Position numbers and translations under genes: made by a program. From contig OY968769.1 in the NCBI GenBank assembly GCA_963695345.1, positions 1,504,001 through 1,568,000 on the forward strand: a DNA stretch of 64,000 nt, read 5' to 3'. Within the stretch, counting starts at the first letter, position 1. Every line of letters begins with the position of its first letter. This DNA comes from an uncultured Methanomassiliicoccales archaeon (lineage in GTDB: Archaea; Thermoplasmatota; Thermoplasmata; Methanomassiliicoccales; UBA472). The notes under the pieces are model-generated. The model searched no databases. It was not told where the DNA came from and was given only the letters and a program-made list of their open reading frames with translations. Below are positions 18,449 to 27,755 of this stretch, one piece after another.

Positions 18449-19555
18449 TCAGAATTGCTCGATCACTCCTTCATCCAGCACATATCTCAGCCGAGGACCT
18501 ACCAGATAGATGGGAGAGTATCCGAACAGGTCCTGCCTGATGACATCGTAAATCGCGATGGAGTAGTATTTCTTTTTCAAAGCCTTCAGTCCGGCATCCC
18601 TATCGACGCTCACCGGCGAGGCCTCCAGCTGGTCCAATCTGTCAAGGACGTCGGCTTTCAAGTTCTCCACCCGGGTCCTGAGCAGGTTTACGGCCATCCA
18701 TCTGCTCATGATGCCTTGGAAATGCCTCATTATTACCAGCTGACTTATGAAAACAAGGGCGGCCAATGCGAGATCGATGTTGGGAAACATGTCGATGTCC
18801 GCGAAAAAGGAGGGGAGTATCAAGCCCGGGAGAAGGACGGCTCCGATCACCAGCACTCCTGCGACGGTGACTATCCCGATCATGGTCAGTATGATGATGA
18901 AGTACGCTTTCTTGCCCTTTGAACGGGCGGAGTCGAACTTCTGTTTGTATCTGATCGCGATCTTGGTGATGCCTTGGGCTTGCGGCTCGATCAGGAGCAT
19001 GAGAATGTAGAAGAGGATGATGAAAGAGATCTGCACCACTATCAGGAGCACTGCCTGGCCGGCGATGACATGGACCAAGAATCCAAAGTAGACCGCGAAG
19101 AACATTGCCAATCCGAATATGATGGAGAAGCTGAGGGAGAGCGGAACCATCCCTCCCAGCAGAACCGTCAACCCGATCTCTATGGCCAATTTCCTCTTCT
19201 TCATCAGCAGGCGCAGGGCCAGCCATTTTCGTTCCTTGTCGATCACAGGGGCCAGATCCCTGTCGTCCGATCTGATTCGTTCCGTTGTGGTGGGAATGAG
19301 CATGATCACGAAATTGTATGAGTAGAGCAGGATCGCGACTATGAGCCAAAGCAAGAAGACGGAGTTCTCGAGGAAAATGAAGGCGATGACCAAAGAAGTG
19401 AGGGCAAAGGATGCCATGTGCCCATATTTATCATGGGACCTGGGTTCCTGAAGCTTCTGGAGCATCTCTTCCTCGCAGGCAACCTCCGCGGCCACCTCTT
19501 GACGGAACGCGGCCAATCCTTCTCCATAGTTCGCCGTGTCGCCGCACATTCTCAT
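18449..19555 (-). CDS. Hypothetical polytopic membrane protein
   Basis: About 6 TM segments; GGGAGG RBS upstream. Confidence 0.7.
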   Translation of the reverse strand: MRMCGDTANYGEGLAAFRQEVAAEVACEEEMLQKLQEPRSHDKYGHMASFALTSLVIAFIFLENSVFLLWLIVAILLYSYNFVIMLIPTTTERIRSDDRDLAPVIDKERKWLALRLLMKKRKLAIEIGLTVLLGGMVPLSLSFSIIFGLAMFFAVYFGFLVHVIAGQAVLLIVVQISFIILFYILMLLIEPQAQGITKIAIRYKQKFDSARSKGKKAYFIIILTMIGIVTVAGVLVIGAVLLPGLILPSFFADIDMFPNIDLALAALVFISQLVIMRHFQGIMSRWMAVNLLRTRVENLKADVLDRLDQLEASPVSVDRDAGLKALKKKYYSIAIYDVIRQDLFGYSPIYLVGPRLRYVLDEGVIEQF

Positions 19556-19874
19556 TTTCAGAGACCTCCCTTGCCTATGGTTGCAGCTTCAAGTATACGA
19601 ATGGTTTGATGGCTGTCCTCGTAAAAAAGTGAGGACCGCGTTCCTTTGACGTCCGGATGCGTTCATGTGGTCTCCGCGATGATGATGCCCTGCATTTACT
19701 AGTGAACCGCGGCGGAGGGCGCCCAAGATCGGGAAGCTCATTCTGACCTTCCTGCTTTGGTCAGGCCATGAGTAGGAGTATTGATTTCCCGATCTCGATG
19801 AGTTCCTGGAACACCATCGGATCGATGGGTTGTCCAGTGATTAAAATGCAAAAGGATATTAGACGGCGGCTCGA

Positions 19875-20093
19875 ATGGAAAAACGGTCACAACTGATGGA
19901 CAAGAGAGACAAGATGGCGTCGGTCCTGCACCTGGTTGGAGGGAAGCCAGAAAATGTGGAGAAGATTGTCGATGAGATTGATCAGTTCATGAACACGCTG
20001 AACGCGGAGCTGGAAGATTGGAAGGTGTCGATGGAGGAATTCCAGGACGGGACCCGGATCTTTGCCCGGTTCCAGATCCTGGTAAAGAAGTAG
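19875..20093 (+). CDS. Small hypothetical protein (paralog of 21803-21976)
   Basis: 72 aa; LEDWKVSMEEFQDGTRI similar to LEQWKFSIEDTKEGTRV of the convergent small ORF. Confidence 0.7.
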   Translation: MEKRSQLMDKRDKMASVLHLVGGKPENVEKIVDEIDQFMNTLNAELEDWKVSMEEFQDGTRIFARFQILVKK

Positions 20094-20102
20094 GTGCTTC
20101 CC

Positions 20103-20924
20103 GTGACCGACCGCAAAGAGAAAAGGCAGGAGGCGAACCAGGGACCGGATGGAGAGGTCTGCCGCGATCTGATCTGCCCCGAGGAGTGGAAGGATCCCGA
20201 GGGCAGAAAGGTCATCACCGAATTCCACAAGGAAGGATTGCGCAAGGACTTGGTGGGTGTTGATGCGGATCTGGAGGGATTTGAGCAATACTGGAACAGG
20301 AGGGGAGGCACGGTCAAGGTCAACGGAGAGTATCACAAGACGGGGGCGCCCTTCCTTGACCTAGAATCCGGTCGGGGACCGGCAAAGGGGCCGGAGGAAG
20401 ACCGATCGGTTGATGCCGCTTCGTCATTGCATGGACGAAAAGATGCTCCCACGGAGGATTTGCTGGTCGAGAAGACCTCCCAATTGGAACGAGCCGCAGG
20501 GCCAGAGGCTTCGGAAGGTACGCACATCCAAGGCAAGATCAAACGACCGATCGATCTTGGCCTGATAGAGGTGGTGAGCTATGCGTTGTTCCGGGTGGCG
20601 TTCAGCAAAGGACTGAGCATCCCAATTAAGCGTGATGGCATGGTCGACATGGATGTTACCGTGAAAGGGAAGGAGATAACCATAAACACCAACCAGATCT
20701 TCTTCTCCGTACCTGAGCTGAACGTGTGGCATGTGGTGTACCAGCACAAGGGTAGACCGGTCATCGAGCTCGGACGGGGGGTAAAGAACGGCATGGTGGT
20801 CCACCGCCTTCAGGCCCTACGGCTGGCATTGGAGATGTGGACCGGTTCAAGGAGAATAAACAAGCTGAAGGTCCAGCAGATGAAGGAGGCGGACAAGAAA
20901 TCCCACAACGAGGCCGCAAAATGA
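20103..20924 (+). CDS. Hypothetical protein (disordered middle, beta-rich C-terminal domain)
   Basis: Long ORF; AGGTG RBS overlapping the upstream TAG precedes GTG 20103; ATGA overlap with the kinase. Confidence 0.7.
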   Translation: MTDRKEKRQEANQGPDGEVCRDLICPEEWKDPEGRKVITEFHKEGLRKDLVGVDADLEGFEQYWNRRGGTVKVNGEYHKTGAPFLDLESGRGPAKGPEEDRSVDAASSLHGRKDAPTEDLLVEKTSQLERAAGPEASEGTHIQGKIKRPIDLGLIEVVSYALFRVAFSKGLSIPIKRDGMVDMDVTVKGKEITINTNQIFFSVPELNVWHVVYQHKGRPVIELGRGVKNGMVVHRLQALRLALEMWTGSRRINKLKVQQMKEADKKSHNEAAK

Positions 20925-21796
20925 ACGAGGTTTCCGAGGTCGAGCGGCATAGGACCCATCGCGAGTTCTTCCGGGACATCCTTCAGGACATACACGGGAT
21001 AATGGAGACCGAGTTCCACCTGACCGATGTCTCCATCAAACCGGTGGGCGCGGAGGTAGCCAGGCTGTCGATCCCCATCAAGATCGAAGGGACGGACAGG
21101 AATGGCAGACGGGTGCGTTTTTTCGGCAAGATCATGGGAGGGACCGACAATATGACCGCCAGGGCCATCCAGCTTTTCAAGAACCTATACCTCACCATGA
21201 ACTCCATGGCTCCGATGTTCCGGGTCACCGATTCACCCGAAGAGTTGGCCAGACACCAATATGAAATGATGAACGCGATCAGCGAGCTAGACATCCCGAC
21301 AGCCACTCCCAGAGGGATCTATCCATTGAGGGCCAAGCTATGGTTGCTGGTGGCTGACTTCCTGGATGCCAGGACGATCGATGACGTGCCGCATTTGACC
21401 GATGAGCATTTGGATACGGTGTTCGGCTACCTTCGGAAGATGCATGACAACGGGATATTCCACGGGGACGTCAAGCCGGACAATCTGATGTTCGGAGACA
21501 GGGTCTACATCGTCGATGTCGGAAACTTCATGGACGAAGCCCCTCCGTCTCAGAAGCTGGCCTATGATCTTGCCTCCCAGATCACCTCATTCTTGGAATA
21601 CAGGCCAGCGGGAAAGATCGTGGAAATCGCCAGGAGATACTACCCGTGCAAGGAGATGATGGCTGCCGCCAGGTACCTAGACCTGATCCAAAGGCGCCCG
21701 GACATCGTACTCTCGAACGAGAACAAGGAAGAGCTGGGGCGCCTCATGAACACGAAAATAAGGCGCAGGATATTCGGCCGGTCGAGAAGGATATGA
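20921..21796 (+). CDS. Atypical protein-kinase-like enzyme (RIO/Bud32/Kdo-kinase superfamily)
   Basis: FFGK Lys, HGDVKPDN catalytic loop, DVG, YDLAS; start ATG 20921 coupled to the upstream stop. Confidence 0.8.
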   Translation: MNEVSEVERHRTHREFFRDILQDIHGIMETEFHLTDVSIKPVGAEVARLSIPIKIEGTDRNGRRVRFFGKIMGGTDNMTARAIQLFKNLYLTMNSMAPMFRVTDSPEELARHQYEMMNAISELDIPTATPRGIYPLRAKLWLLVADFLDARTIDDVPHLTDEHLDTVFGYLRKMHDNGIFHGDVKPDNLMFGDRVYIVDVGNFMDEAPPSQKLAYDLASQITSFLEYRPAGKIVEIARRYYPCKEMMAAARYLDLIQRRPDIVLSNENKEELGRLMNTKIRRRIFGRSRRI

Positions 21797-21802
21797 GAGA
21801 GC

Positions 21803-21976
21803 TCACTCCTTCTTGTGCTTTATCAGGGCGGTGGCGTGGATCTCCACTCTGGTGCCCTCCTTGGTATCCTCAATGGAGAACTTCCATTGCTCAAGCGTCG
21901 CGGACATGTCCTTGAACATCTTCTTGATCTCCAAGCTTTTCTCCGTAATCGCGTCCTTTATGTCAGTTTCTGCCAT
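21803..21976 (-). CDS. Small hypothetical protein, 57 aa, absent from ORF track
   Basis: MAETDIKDAITEKSLEIKKMFKDMSATLEQWKFSIEDTKEGTRVEIHATALIKHKKE; AAGGTGA RBS; paralogous to 19875-20093. Confidence 0.75.
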   Translation of the reverse strand: MAETDIKDAITEKSLEIKKMFKDMSATLEQWKFSIEDTKEGTRVEIHATALIKHKKE

Positions 21977-22154
21977 GGTATCACCTTCACTGCGATTCGA
22001 TTGAGAGCAGGCATTATAAAAAAGTGGCCATCGGACGGACAGTTCTCCTTAGCCGCGCGGCCGCTTCATCCCTCAGGGTTTTCCTTTTACAGTGCGGAAC
22101 GATCAGGTGGTTCGTCGCGGGCCCGAAATCAAGATAGCATTGCACATCGTTCTG

Positions 22155-23099
22155 ATGGCAATGTCATACTCTTCGTCCCTGGAGGATTCCATCGTCCTTT
22201 ACCAGGAAGGGAGATACAAAGAGGCATACGACCTCATCACTCGGGAGGGGGCATCCCCCGACGCTATACCGGCCCTAGTGCTCTATCTCCGTTTCTCTTT
22301 CGCCTGCAGGGCGGGCATGCATGATCTGGCAATGGATCTCCTTCGCGAGGCAATCATTGACCGCGGATACTGGTATTCATCCGATTATCTGGGCGATGAT
22401 GACCTGGAACCGTTGAGGGAGCGAGAGGAGTTCAAGGCGTTGACAGAGCAATGCAAGGAACGGCAGACAGCGGCCGAGGGCAATTCAAGATCGGAGATCG
22501 AACTGGTTCCTCCGATCATGGCCGAAGACAGCCCGAAGGCGATTGTCGTCGCCTTGCATGGGAATCAGCTCAATATCCGCTCCACCCGGATCGAATGGTG
22601 CGGAGAGGTACTGGCAGACTGTCTGGTGGTTTTGCCTCAATCATCCCATGCCGTATGTTCCGGCGCTTATTCCTGGGTCGATCCGGAGGCCGGATCTTCT
22701 GAGGTAGCGGCCCATCTGGACACAATCTTCACGAATGACCCAGGGGGACGAGACCAGGTGATCGTGGGAGGGTTCTCCGCCGGGGGAAGGGTGGCGTTGC
22801 ATCTCTTGCTCAAAGGCATGATCAAGGCAAAAGGAGCCATACTCTTAGGACCCTGGCTTCCAGATATCGTCTCCTCAGAGCCTTTGATCACCAGGCTGCG
22901 TGAGGCCAAGGTGAAGGTATACCTGATATGCGGTGACAAGGACAAGGATTGCTTTGCCTCCACAAACCGGCTGGCCGAACTTTTGGAGCGGAACGGGGTA
23001 TCCTTCCGATATCGGATCGTGGAAGGGATGGGGCACAGCTTCCCCCCGGACTTCCAATCCGACCTGGCAAATGCCCTTTCCTTCTTCTTAGAAGAATGA
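22155..23099 (+). CDS. Alpha/beta hydrolase (phospholipase/carboxylesterase-like) with N-terminal helical repeat domain
   Basis: ALHG, GFSAG nucleophile, CGDKD, GMGH. Confidence 0.8.
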   Translation: MAMSYSSSLEDSIVLYQEGRYKEAYDLITREGASPDAIPALVLYLRFSFACRAGMHDLAMDLLREAIIDRGYWYSSDYLGDDDLEPLREREEFKALTEQCKERQTAAEGNSRSEIELVPPIMAEDSPKAIVVALHGNQLNIRSTRIEWCGEVLADCLVVLPQSSHAVCSGAYSWVDPEAGSSEVAAHLDTIFTNDPGGRDQVIVGGFSAGGRVALHLLLKGMIKAKGAILLGPWLPDIVSSEPLITRLREAKVKVYLICGDKDKDCFASTNRLAELLERNGVSFRYRIVEGMGHSFPPDFQSDLANALSFFLEE

Positions 23100-23219
23100 A
23101 ACCTGGGAGAACGTCGGCTGGAACCTGCATAGTCTGGGATCGGGGCCACGCCTTTGGCACATCCGACCTGAACTGGACAATGCGAACGATTATTACTCAT
23201 CGGGTTCACTGGAACACCC

Positions 23220-23906
23220 ATGACCGAAATGACTCCGAGGATCGTTGTGATCACTGGTTCAAGCGAAGGCATCGGACGCGAGACGGCCTTCCGGTTCTCT
23301 CGGGGAGGGTGGGGCGTGGTCCTGACCTATCACAAGGACGAAGAGGAGGGGATCGAGGCGAAGGCCAGATGTGATGAGTTGGGAGCGAGATCCACCTTGC
23401 TTCTGCAACTCGACGTGTCCGATCCCCACAGCGTAAGGAATGCAGTGAACGAGATCAAGCGGGTCTTCGGCAAGGTCACCGTGTTGATCAACAACGCAGG
23501 GATAGACGTATGGAAACCCTTGAGAGACCAGACGGCGGAGGAGGTCTCCCGCCAGGTGCGCACCAATCTGGAGGGCCTGATCATAATGACCTTGGAGATG
23601 CTTCCGTTGGTTGAGGGAATGGTGCTCAATGTCGGCAGTCGGACCGGTATCCATGGCTATTCCGGGGTCACCGTGTACGGGGCCACCAAGGCCGGGGTAA
23701 GGGGGTTCACCCGCTCTCTGGCCCAAGAAGAGAAAGACCTCAAGGTGTACACCATATATCCTCGCTTCACGGCCACCCACATGACCGGTTTCCGCGGAGG
23801 TCCGCCCGAAGAGGTTGCCGACCTGATGTTCGACACGGCCGAAGGGCGGTACGACCTCCCTACTGGTTCCGATATACCGGTATGGGATCCGTTGGGGGGC
23901 GTCTGA
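23220..23906 (+). CDS. SDR family oxidoreductase
   Basis: TGSSEGIG, NNAG, YGATK. Confidence 0.92.
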   Translation: MTEMTPRIVVITGSSEGIGRETAFRFSRGGWGVVLTYHKDEEEGIEAKARCDELGARSTLLLQLDVSDPHSVRNAVNEIKRVFGKVTVLINNAGIDVWKPLRDQTAEEVSRQVRTNLEGLIIMTLEMLPLVEGMVLNVGSRTGIHGYSGVTVYGATKAGVRGFTRSLAQEEKDLKVYTIYPRFTATHMTGFRGGPPEEVADLMFDTAEGRYDLPTGSDIPVWDPLGGV

Positions 23907-24164
23907 CTCCTGGACTATGACTGATGTCGGAACTCCATCTCGGGATGCCGAATCGATCACCATACCGATATTCAAAGACCGATCGGAAAAGTGCATAGTT
24001 CGGTGATCAGAAAGAACGTCAGAGGAATCGACGAATAACCATCATGATGCGAAAGTTCGGACGGTCCTCAACATCAGGTCGTCATGGCCGTTGTCCGGTG
24101 ATTAAGTACTAGTAAGCGGTGCCATTAATTTGTAGGACATCATTCGGACATCGGGGTGGCGGGA

Positions 24165-25448
24165 ATGATTGGAAAAGTGAAGGAGAGGTGGCTGAGGCGT
24201 TTCATTGCCATATGGGCTGGCCAATCTTCCTCCCTGGTGGGCAGTCAATTGGTGCAGTTCGCCCTAGTCTGGTATCTGACCATCCAGACCGGTTCCGCCA
24301 CGATCCTGGCCATTGCTAGCGTGGCGGCTATCGTACCCCAGATATTCCTTTCTCCGATAGCCGGCGCCTATGTTGACAGATGGAAAAGGCGTCACGTAAT
24401 GATCGCCTCTGACGCCTTGATAGCGGCCAGCACATTCGTTCTTATCATGCTGTTCGCCCTCGGCTATGCTGAGATATGGCACATATTCGTCATTCTATTC
24501 GTCCGTTCCTGCTTCGCCGCGTTCCACTGGCCATCTAGCCAGGCGGCAACGACGATGCTCGTTCCAGAACAGCATTTGACCAGGGTGGCCGGCATGAACC
24601 AGTCGATGCTGGGATTATCGAGCATACTGGCCCCTCCATTGGCCGCCATACTCATCGCCTTTCTGCCGATAGAGCAGGTGCTAGCGTTCGATATCCTTAC
24701 GGCAGCATTGGCGATCGTCCCGCTCCTGGTAATCCGGTTCCCTGAGCCGGCCCCCAAGACCGGGCCGCATCAGAAGATCCTGGCCGATATGAAGGAAGCA
24801 TTCGCTTATTTCCGAGGTTGGCGGGGGGCGTTGACCTTGATGTTCATGTTCACGTTCGTCAACATGCTTATTACTCCCGCTTTCAGTCTGTTGCCCATCC
24901 TGGTGGTCAACGTTTTCAACGGCGGGGCAATCGATTATGCCACCCTGGAAGCGGTTGCCGGCATCGGGATGATATCTGGAGGCCTAGCGCTAGGCATCTG
25001 GGGAGGGACTCGAAGGAAAATGGTCACGGTCATGTCCTGCACGGTCCTGGCGGGAGTGGGGATAAGCTTGATGGCCTTGGTTCCAAAGGACGGATTCCTG
25101 ATCATCCTCGGGCTGGTTCTCTTCATCGGCGTGATGATGCCGTTGCTGAACGGTTCTCTGACCTCACTATTGCAGACCTGCGTACCCAACGGAATGCAGG
25201 GGAGGGTCTTCGCCCTCGTAGGCTCCATGTCCATTGCGGCCGCCCCGATAGGGATGGCTTTTGCAGGCCCGATCGCTGACAGCGTCGGTATCCAGACATG
25301 GTTCCTGATCGCCGGAGTCCCCACCGCCCTGATCGGCGTGATGGCTTTCCTGATGCCAAGCGTCATGCAGATCGAGGATCCTGGGAGCCAGCCTCTGTAC
25401 GCTCAGGAACCGGTTGTGGTCTCGGCCTCCAAAGAGACCGATGGCTGA
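24165..25448 (+). CDS. MFS transporter (Mef/DHA3-like efflux family)
   Basis: F-x-x-IW-x-GQ-x-x-SLVGS, GAYVDRWKRR, MQGRVF motifs; about 12 TM. Confidence 0.88.
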   Translation: MIGKVKERWLRRFIAIWAGQSSSLVGSQLVQFALVWYLTIQTGSATILAIASVAAIVPQIFLSPIAGAYVDRWKRRHVMIASDALIAASTFVLIMLFALGYAEIWHIFVILFVRSCFAAFHWPSSQAATTMLVPEQHLTRVAGMNQSMLGLSSILAPPLAAILIAFLPIEQVLAFDILTAALAIVPLLVIRFPEPAPKTGPHQKILADMKEAFAYFRGWRGALTLMFMFTFVNMLITPAFSLLPILVVNVFNGGAIDYATLEAVAGIGMISGGLALGIWGGTRRKMVTVMSCTVLAGVGISLMALVPKDGFLIILGLVLFIGVMMPLLNGSLTSLLQTCVPNGMQGRVFALVGSMSIAAAPIGMAFAGPIADSVGIQTWFLIAGVPTALIGVMAFLMPSVMQIEDPGSQPLYAQEPVVVSASKETDG

Positions 25449-25473
25449 GGACCCCGAACAACAAGTCAAGGAC

Positions 25474-26670
25474 CTATTTGATCAGCTTCAGCTCCTTTCC
25501 GATGGACGAGAACCTCTCAATGGCAAAATCAAGGTCCTCTATGGTCAATGCCGCATTCATTATCGTCCTGATCCGGGCCTTGTCCTTGGCCACCATCGGG
25601 AAGACGATCGGTAAGGCGAACACCTTTTCCTCGAACAGTCGTCGGCTCAGGTCCTTGGCCACTGCCGTATCTCCCACCATGACCGGGGTTATCGGGGTCT
25701 CGCTCCGTCCCAGATCGAATCCCAGCTGGGCCATTGCCTTCTTGAAATACCTGGTGTTCTCCCATAGCGATAGGACATGCCCCGGTTCCTGCTCCAGCAC
25801 GTCAATGGCGGCGGTACAGGCGGCGGCCACCGCGGGTGGATGTGAGCCGCTCAATAGCCAGGTGCGGCTCTTGTTGAGGGCGAACTTGATCAGGTCCTCG
25901 GAGCCGGATATATGCCCTCCCACCACCCCGTAGGCTTTGGAGAACGTTCCCATTTCCACTTGCACCTTCTCGTGAGAGAGGTGATAGTGGGATACGATGC
26001 CGCGACCGCCCTCGCCCAGGACCCCCTCGCCATGGGCATCGTCCACATACAACATCGCCCCGTGCCGGTCGGCGAGCTCGGATATCCGGTCCAGCGGGGC
26101 GATGTCCCCGTCCATGGAGAACACCCCATCAGTGATCACCAGAATTCGTCGGTAGGCCGGGGCGTGTCTCTCAATTTCGTCCAGTTTCCTTTCCAGGTCA
26201 TCGGCGTCCCCGTGCCGGTAGACCTGCCTGTCGGCGTATGAGAGCCTGACCCCGTCGATTATACTGCCATGGTTCAGTTCATCGCTGATGATGATGTCTC
26301 CCTTCCCTGCCAATTGCGGGATCAGGCCGGCATTGGTGGCGAAACCGGTCTGGTAGACCAGTGAGGCAGGCGTCCCCTTGAAGCGGGCCAGGCGTCTTTC
26401 CAGCTCAAGATGGATGTCGAACGTACCGGCGATCGGCCTGACCGAGCCCGAACCTGCCCCGTGGGTCTGCACTGCCCTGATCGCAGCCTCTTTGAGCCGC
26501 GGGTGATTGCTTAGGCCCAGATAGTTGTTTGAACAGAACATGAGCACCTTCTTTCCATCCACCATGCACCATGCGGTGCTCGGCCCTTCCAATTCTCTTA
26601 TCCTCCAGTCCAGGTCATTCCTGACCAGTTCCGCGTATTCCGCTTTCATGAACGATATCGGGTTGCGCAA
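25474..26670 (-). CDS. kbl: Glycine C-acetyltransferase (2-amino-3-ketobutyrate CoA ligase)/AONS family PLP enzyme
   Basis: CSNNYLGL, NHGSIIDG, DGVFSMDG, DDAHG, TFSKA PLP Lys; downstream of SDR-type tdh. Confidence 0.8.
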   Translation of the reverse strand: MRNPISFMKAEYAELVRNDLDWRIRELEGPSTAWCMVDGKKVLMFCSNNYLGLSNHPRLKEAAIRAVQTHGAGSGSVRPIAGTFDIHLELERRLARFKGTPASLVYQTGFATNAGLIPQLAGKGDIIISDELNHGSIIDGVRLSYADRQVYRHGDADDLERKLDEIERHAPAYRRILVITDGVFSMDGDIAPLDRISELADRHGAMLYVDDAHGEGVLGEGGRGIVSHYHLSHEKVQVEMGTFSKAYGVVGGHISGSEDLIKFALNKSRTWLLSGSHPPAVAAACTAAIDVLEQEPGHVLSLWENTRYFKKAMAQLGFDLGRSETPITPVMVGDTAVAKDLSRRLFEEKVFALPIVFPMVAKDKARIRTIMNAALTIEDLDFAIERFSSIGKELKLIK

Positions 26671-26686
26671 CTTTCATCCCTCCAGA

Positions 26687-27682
26687 TTAAGCTCCTAGGA
26701 CCGATTCGCCCTTCAGTTTCCGTTCGATCTTGAAGAGCATATCATCGACCATTCTTTCCCTGTCATAGTCTGGACTCCAGCCCCAGTCCCTCCTCGCCTC
26801 GGAGTCATCCAAGGACATGGGCCAGGAGTCCGCGATCTGCTGTCGGTTGTCTGGACGATAGTCTATCGAAAAACCCGGCATGCGTCGTTGTATCGATCCC
26901 GCCAGTTCTCCGGCGGAGAAGCTCATCCCGGCCAGGTTGTACGAGTCATGTCGGCGGACCCGGTCCAACGGTACATCCATGAGGCCCACGGCAGCATTGA
27001 TGCAGTCGGGCATGTAGAGCATCGGGAGGACAGTGTCCGCTCTGACAAAGCATTGGTAATGTCCCTTCAGTATCGCCTCATAGAAAATCGCCACCGCATA
27101 GTCTGTGGTCCCTCCCCCTGGAGGGGTGACCGAACTGATGATCCCGGGGTACCTCACGCTCCGGGTGTCCAAACCGTATTTCAGAAAATAGTAGTTGCAT
27201 AGCAGCTCTCCCGCAACCTTGGTTATCCCATACATCGATGTCGGCCTTAGGACGGTGTCCTGGGGCGTGTCACTACGGGGTGATGTTGGTCCGAAAGCCG
27301 CGATGGAGCTGGGCCAGAATACGCGTTCGACCTGGGAGGAATGACTGGCATCGAGAACGTTCTTGAGCGAGGTCATGTTGACGTTCCACGCCTCCTGCGG
27401 CCTCTCCTCGCCCACCGCTGAAAGCATAGCCGCCAAATGGTACACCCGGCCGATCTCTTCCTGCCTCAGCGTATCTGACACCATCTTCAGGTCCATCAGG
27501 TCGACCGTGATGAAGGGGCCGGAATCCTCCATCTCCCGGGTAGGTCGTCTCAAATGCCCCGCCGCCACCACATTGTCCCGGCCATAGCGTTTGCGGAGCT
27601 CCGGTACCAGTTCAGACCCTATCTGACCGGTCGCCCCGGTGACCATGATTCTTCCCGAAGGACCAGGTTCCGATGATAACAT
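26687..27682 (-). CDS. tdh: L-threonine 3-dehydrogenase, extended-SDR type
   Basis: GATGQIG, PSSIAAFG, YGITK, PGGGTTDYAV, RQQIADSWP signature. Confidence 0.85.
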   Translation of the reverse strand: MLSSEPGPSGRIMVTGATGQIGSELVPELRKRYGRDNVVAAGHLRRPTREMEDSGPFITVDLMDLKMVSDTLRQEEIGRVYHLAAMLSAVGEERPQEAWNVNMTSLKNVLDASHSSQVERVFWPSSIAAFGPTSPRSDTPQDTVLRPTSMYGITKVAGELLCNYYFLKYGLDTRSVRYPGIISSVTPPGGGTTDYAVAIFYEAILKGHYQCFVRADTVLPMLYMPDCINAAVGLMDVPLDRVRRHDSYNLAGMSFSAGELAGSIQRRMPGFSIDYRPDNRQQIADSWPMSLDDSEARRDWGWSPDYDRERMVDDMLFKIERKLKGESVLGA

Positions 27683-27755
27683 CGCTTCCGTGTCTGTGTT
27701 CTGACCATATAACCGTTACGTCAAATCCACTCATGGTCCAGGGTCCTTTCGTGAA

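Noticed and set aside
19679-19746. Second box C/D candidate (ATGATGA...CTGA)
   Set aside because: No recognisable internal D'/C' pair or terminal stem, and the CTGA is sequestered in another hairpin
19875-20924. In-frame TAG at 20091-93 joining two ORFs, suggesting pyrrolysine read-through
   Set aside because: The paralog at 21803-21976 ends at the equivalent position, and an AGGTG RBS with GTG at 20103 gives the downstream ORF its own start; two genes is the simpler reading
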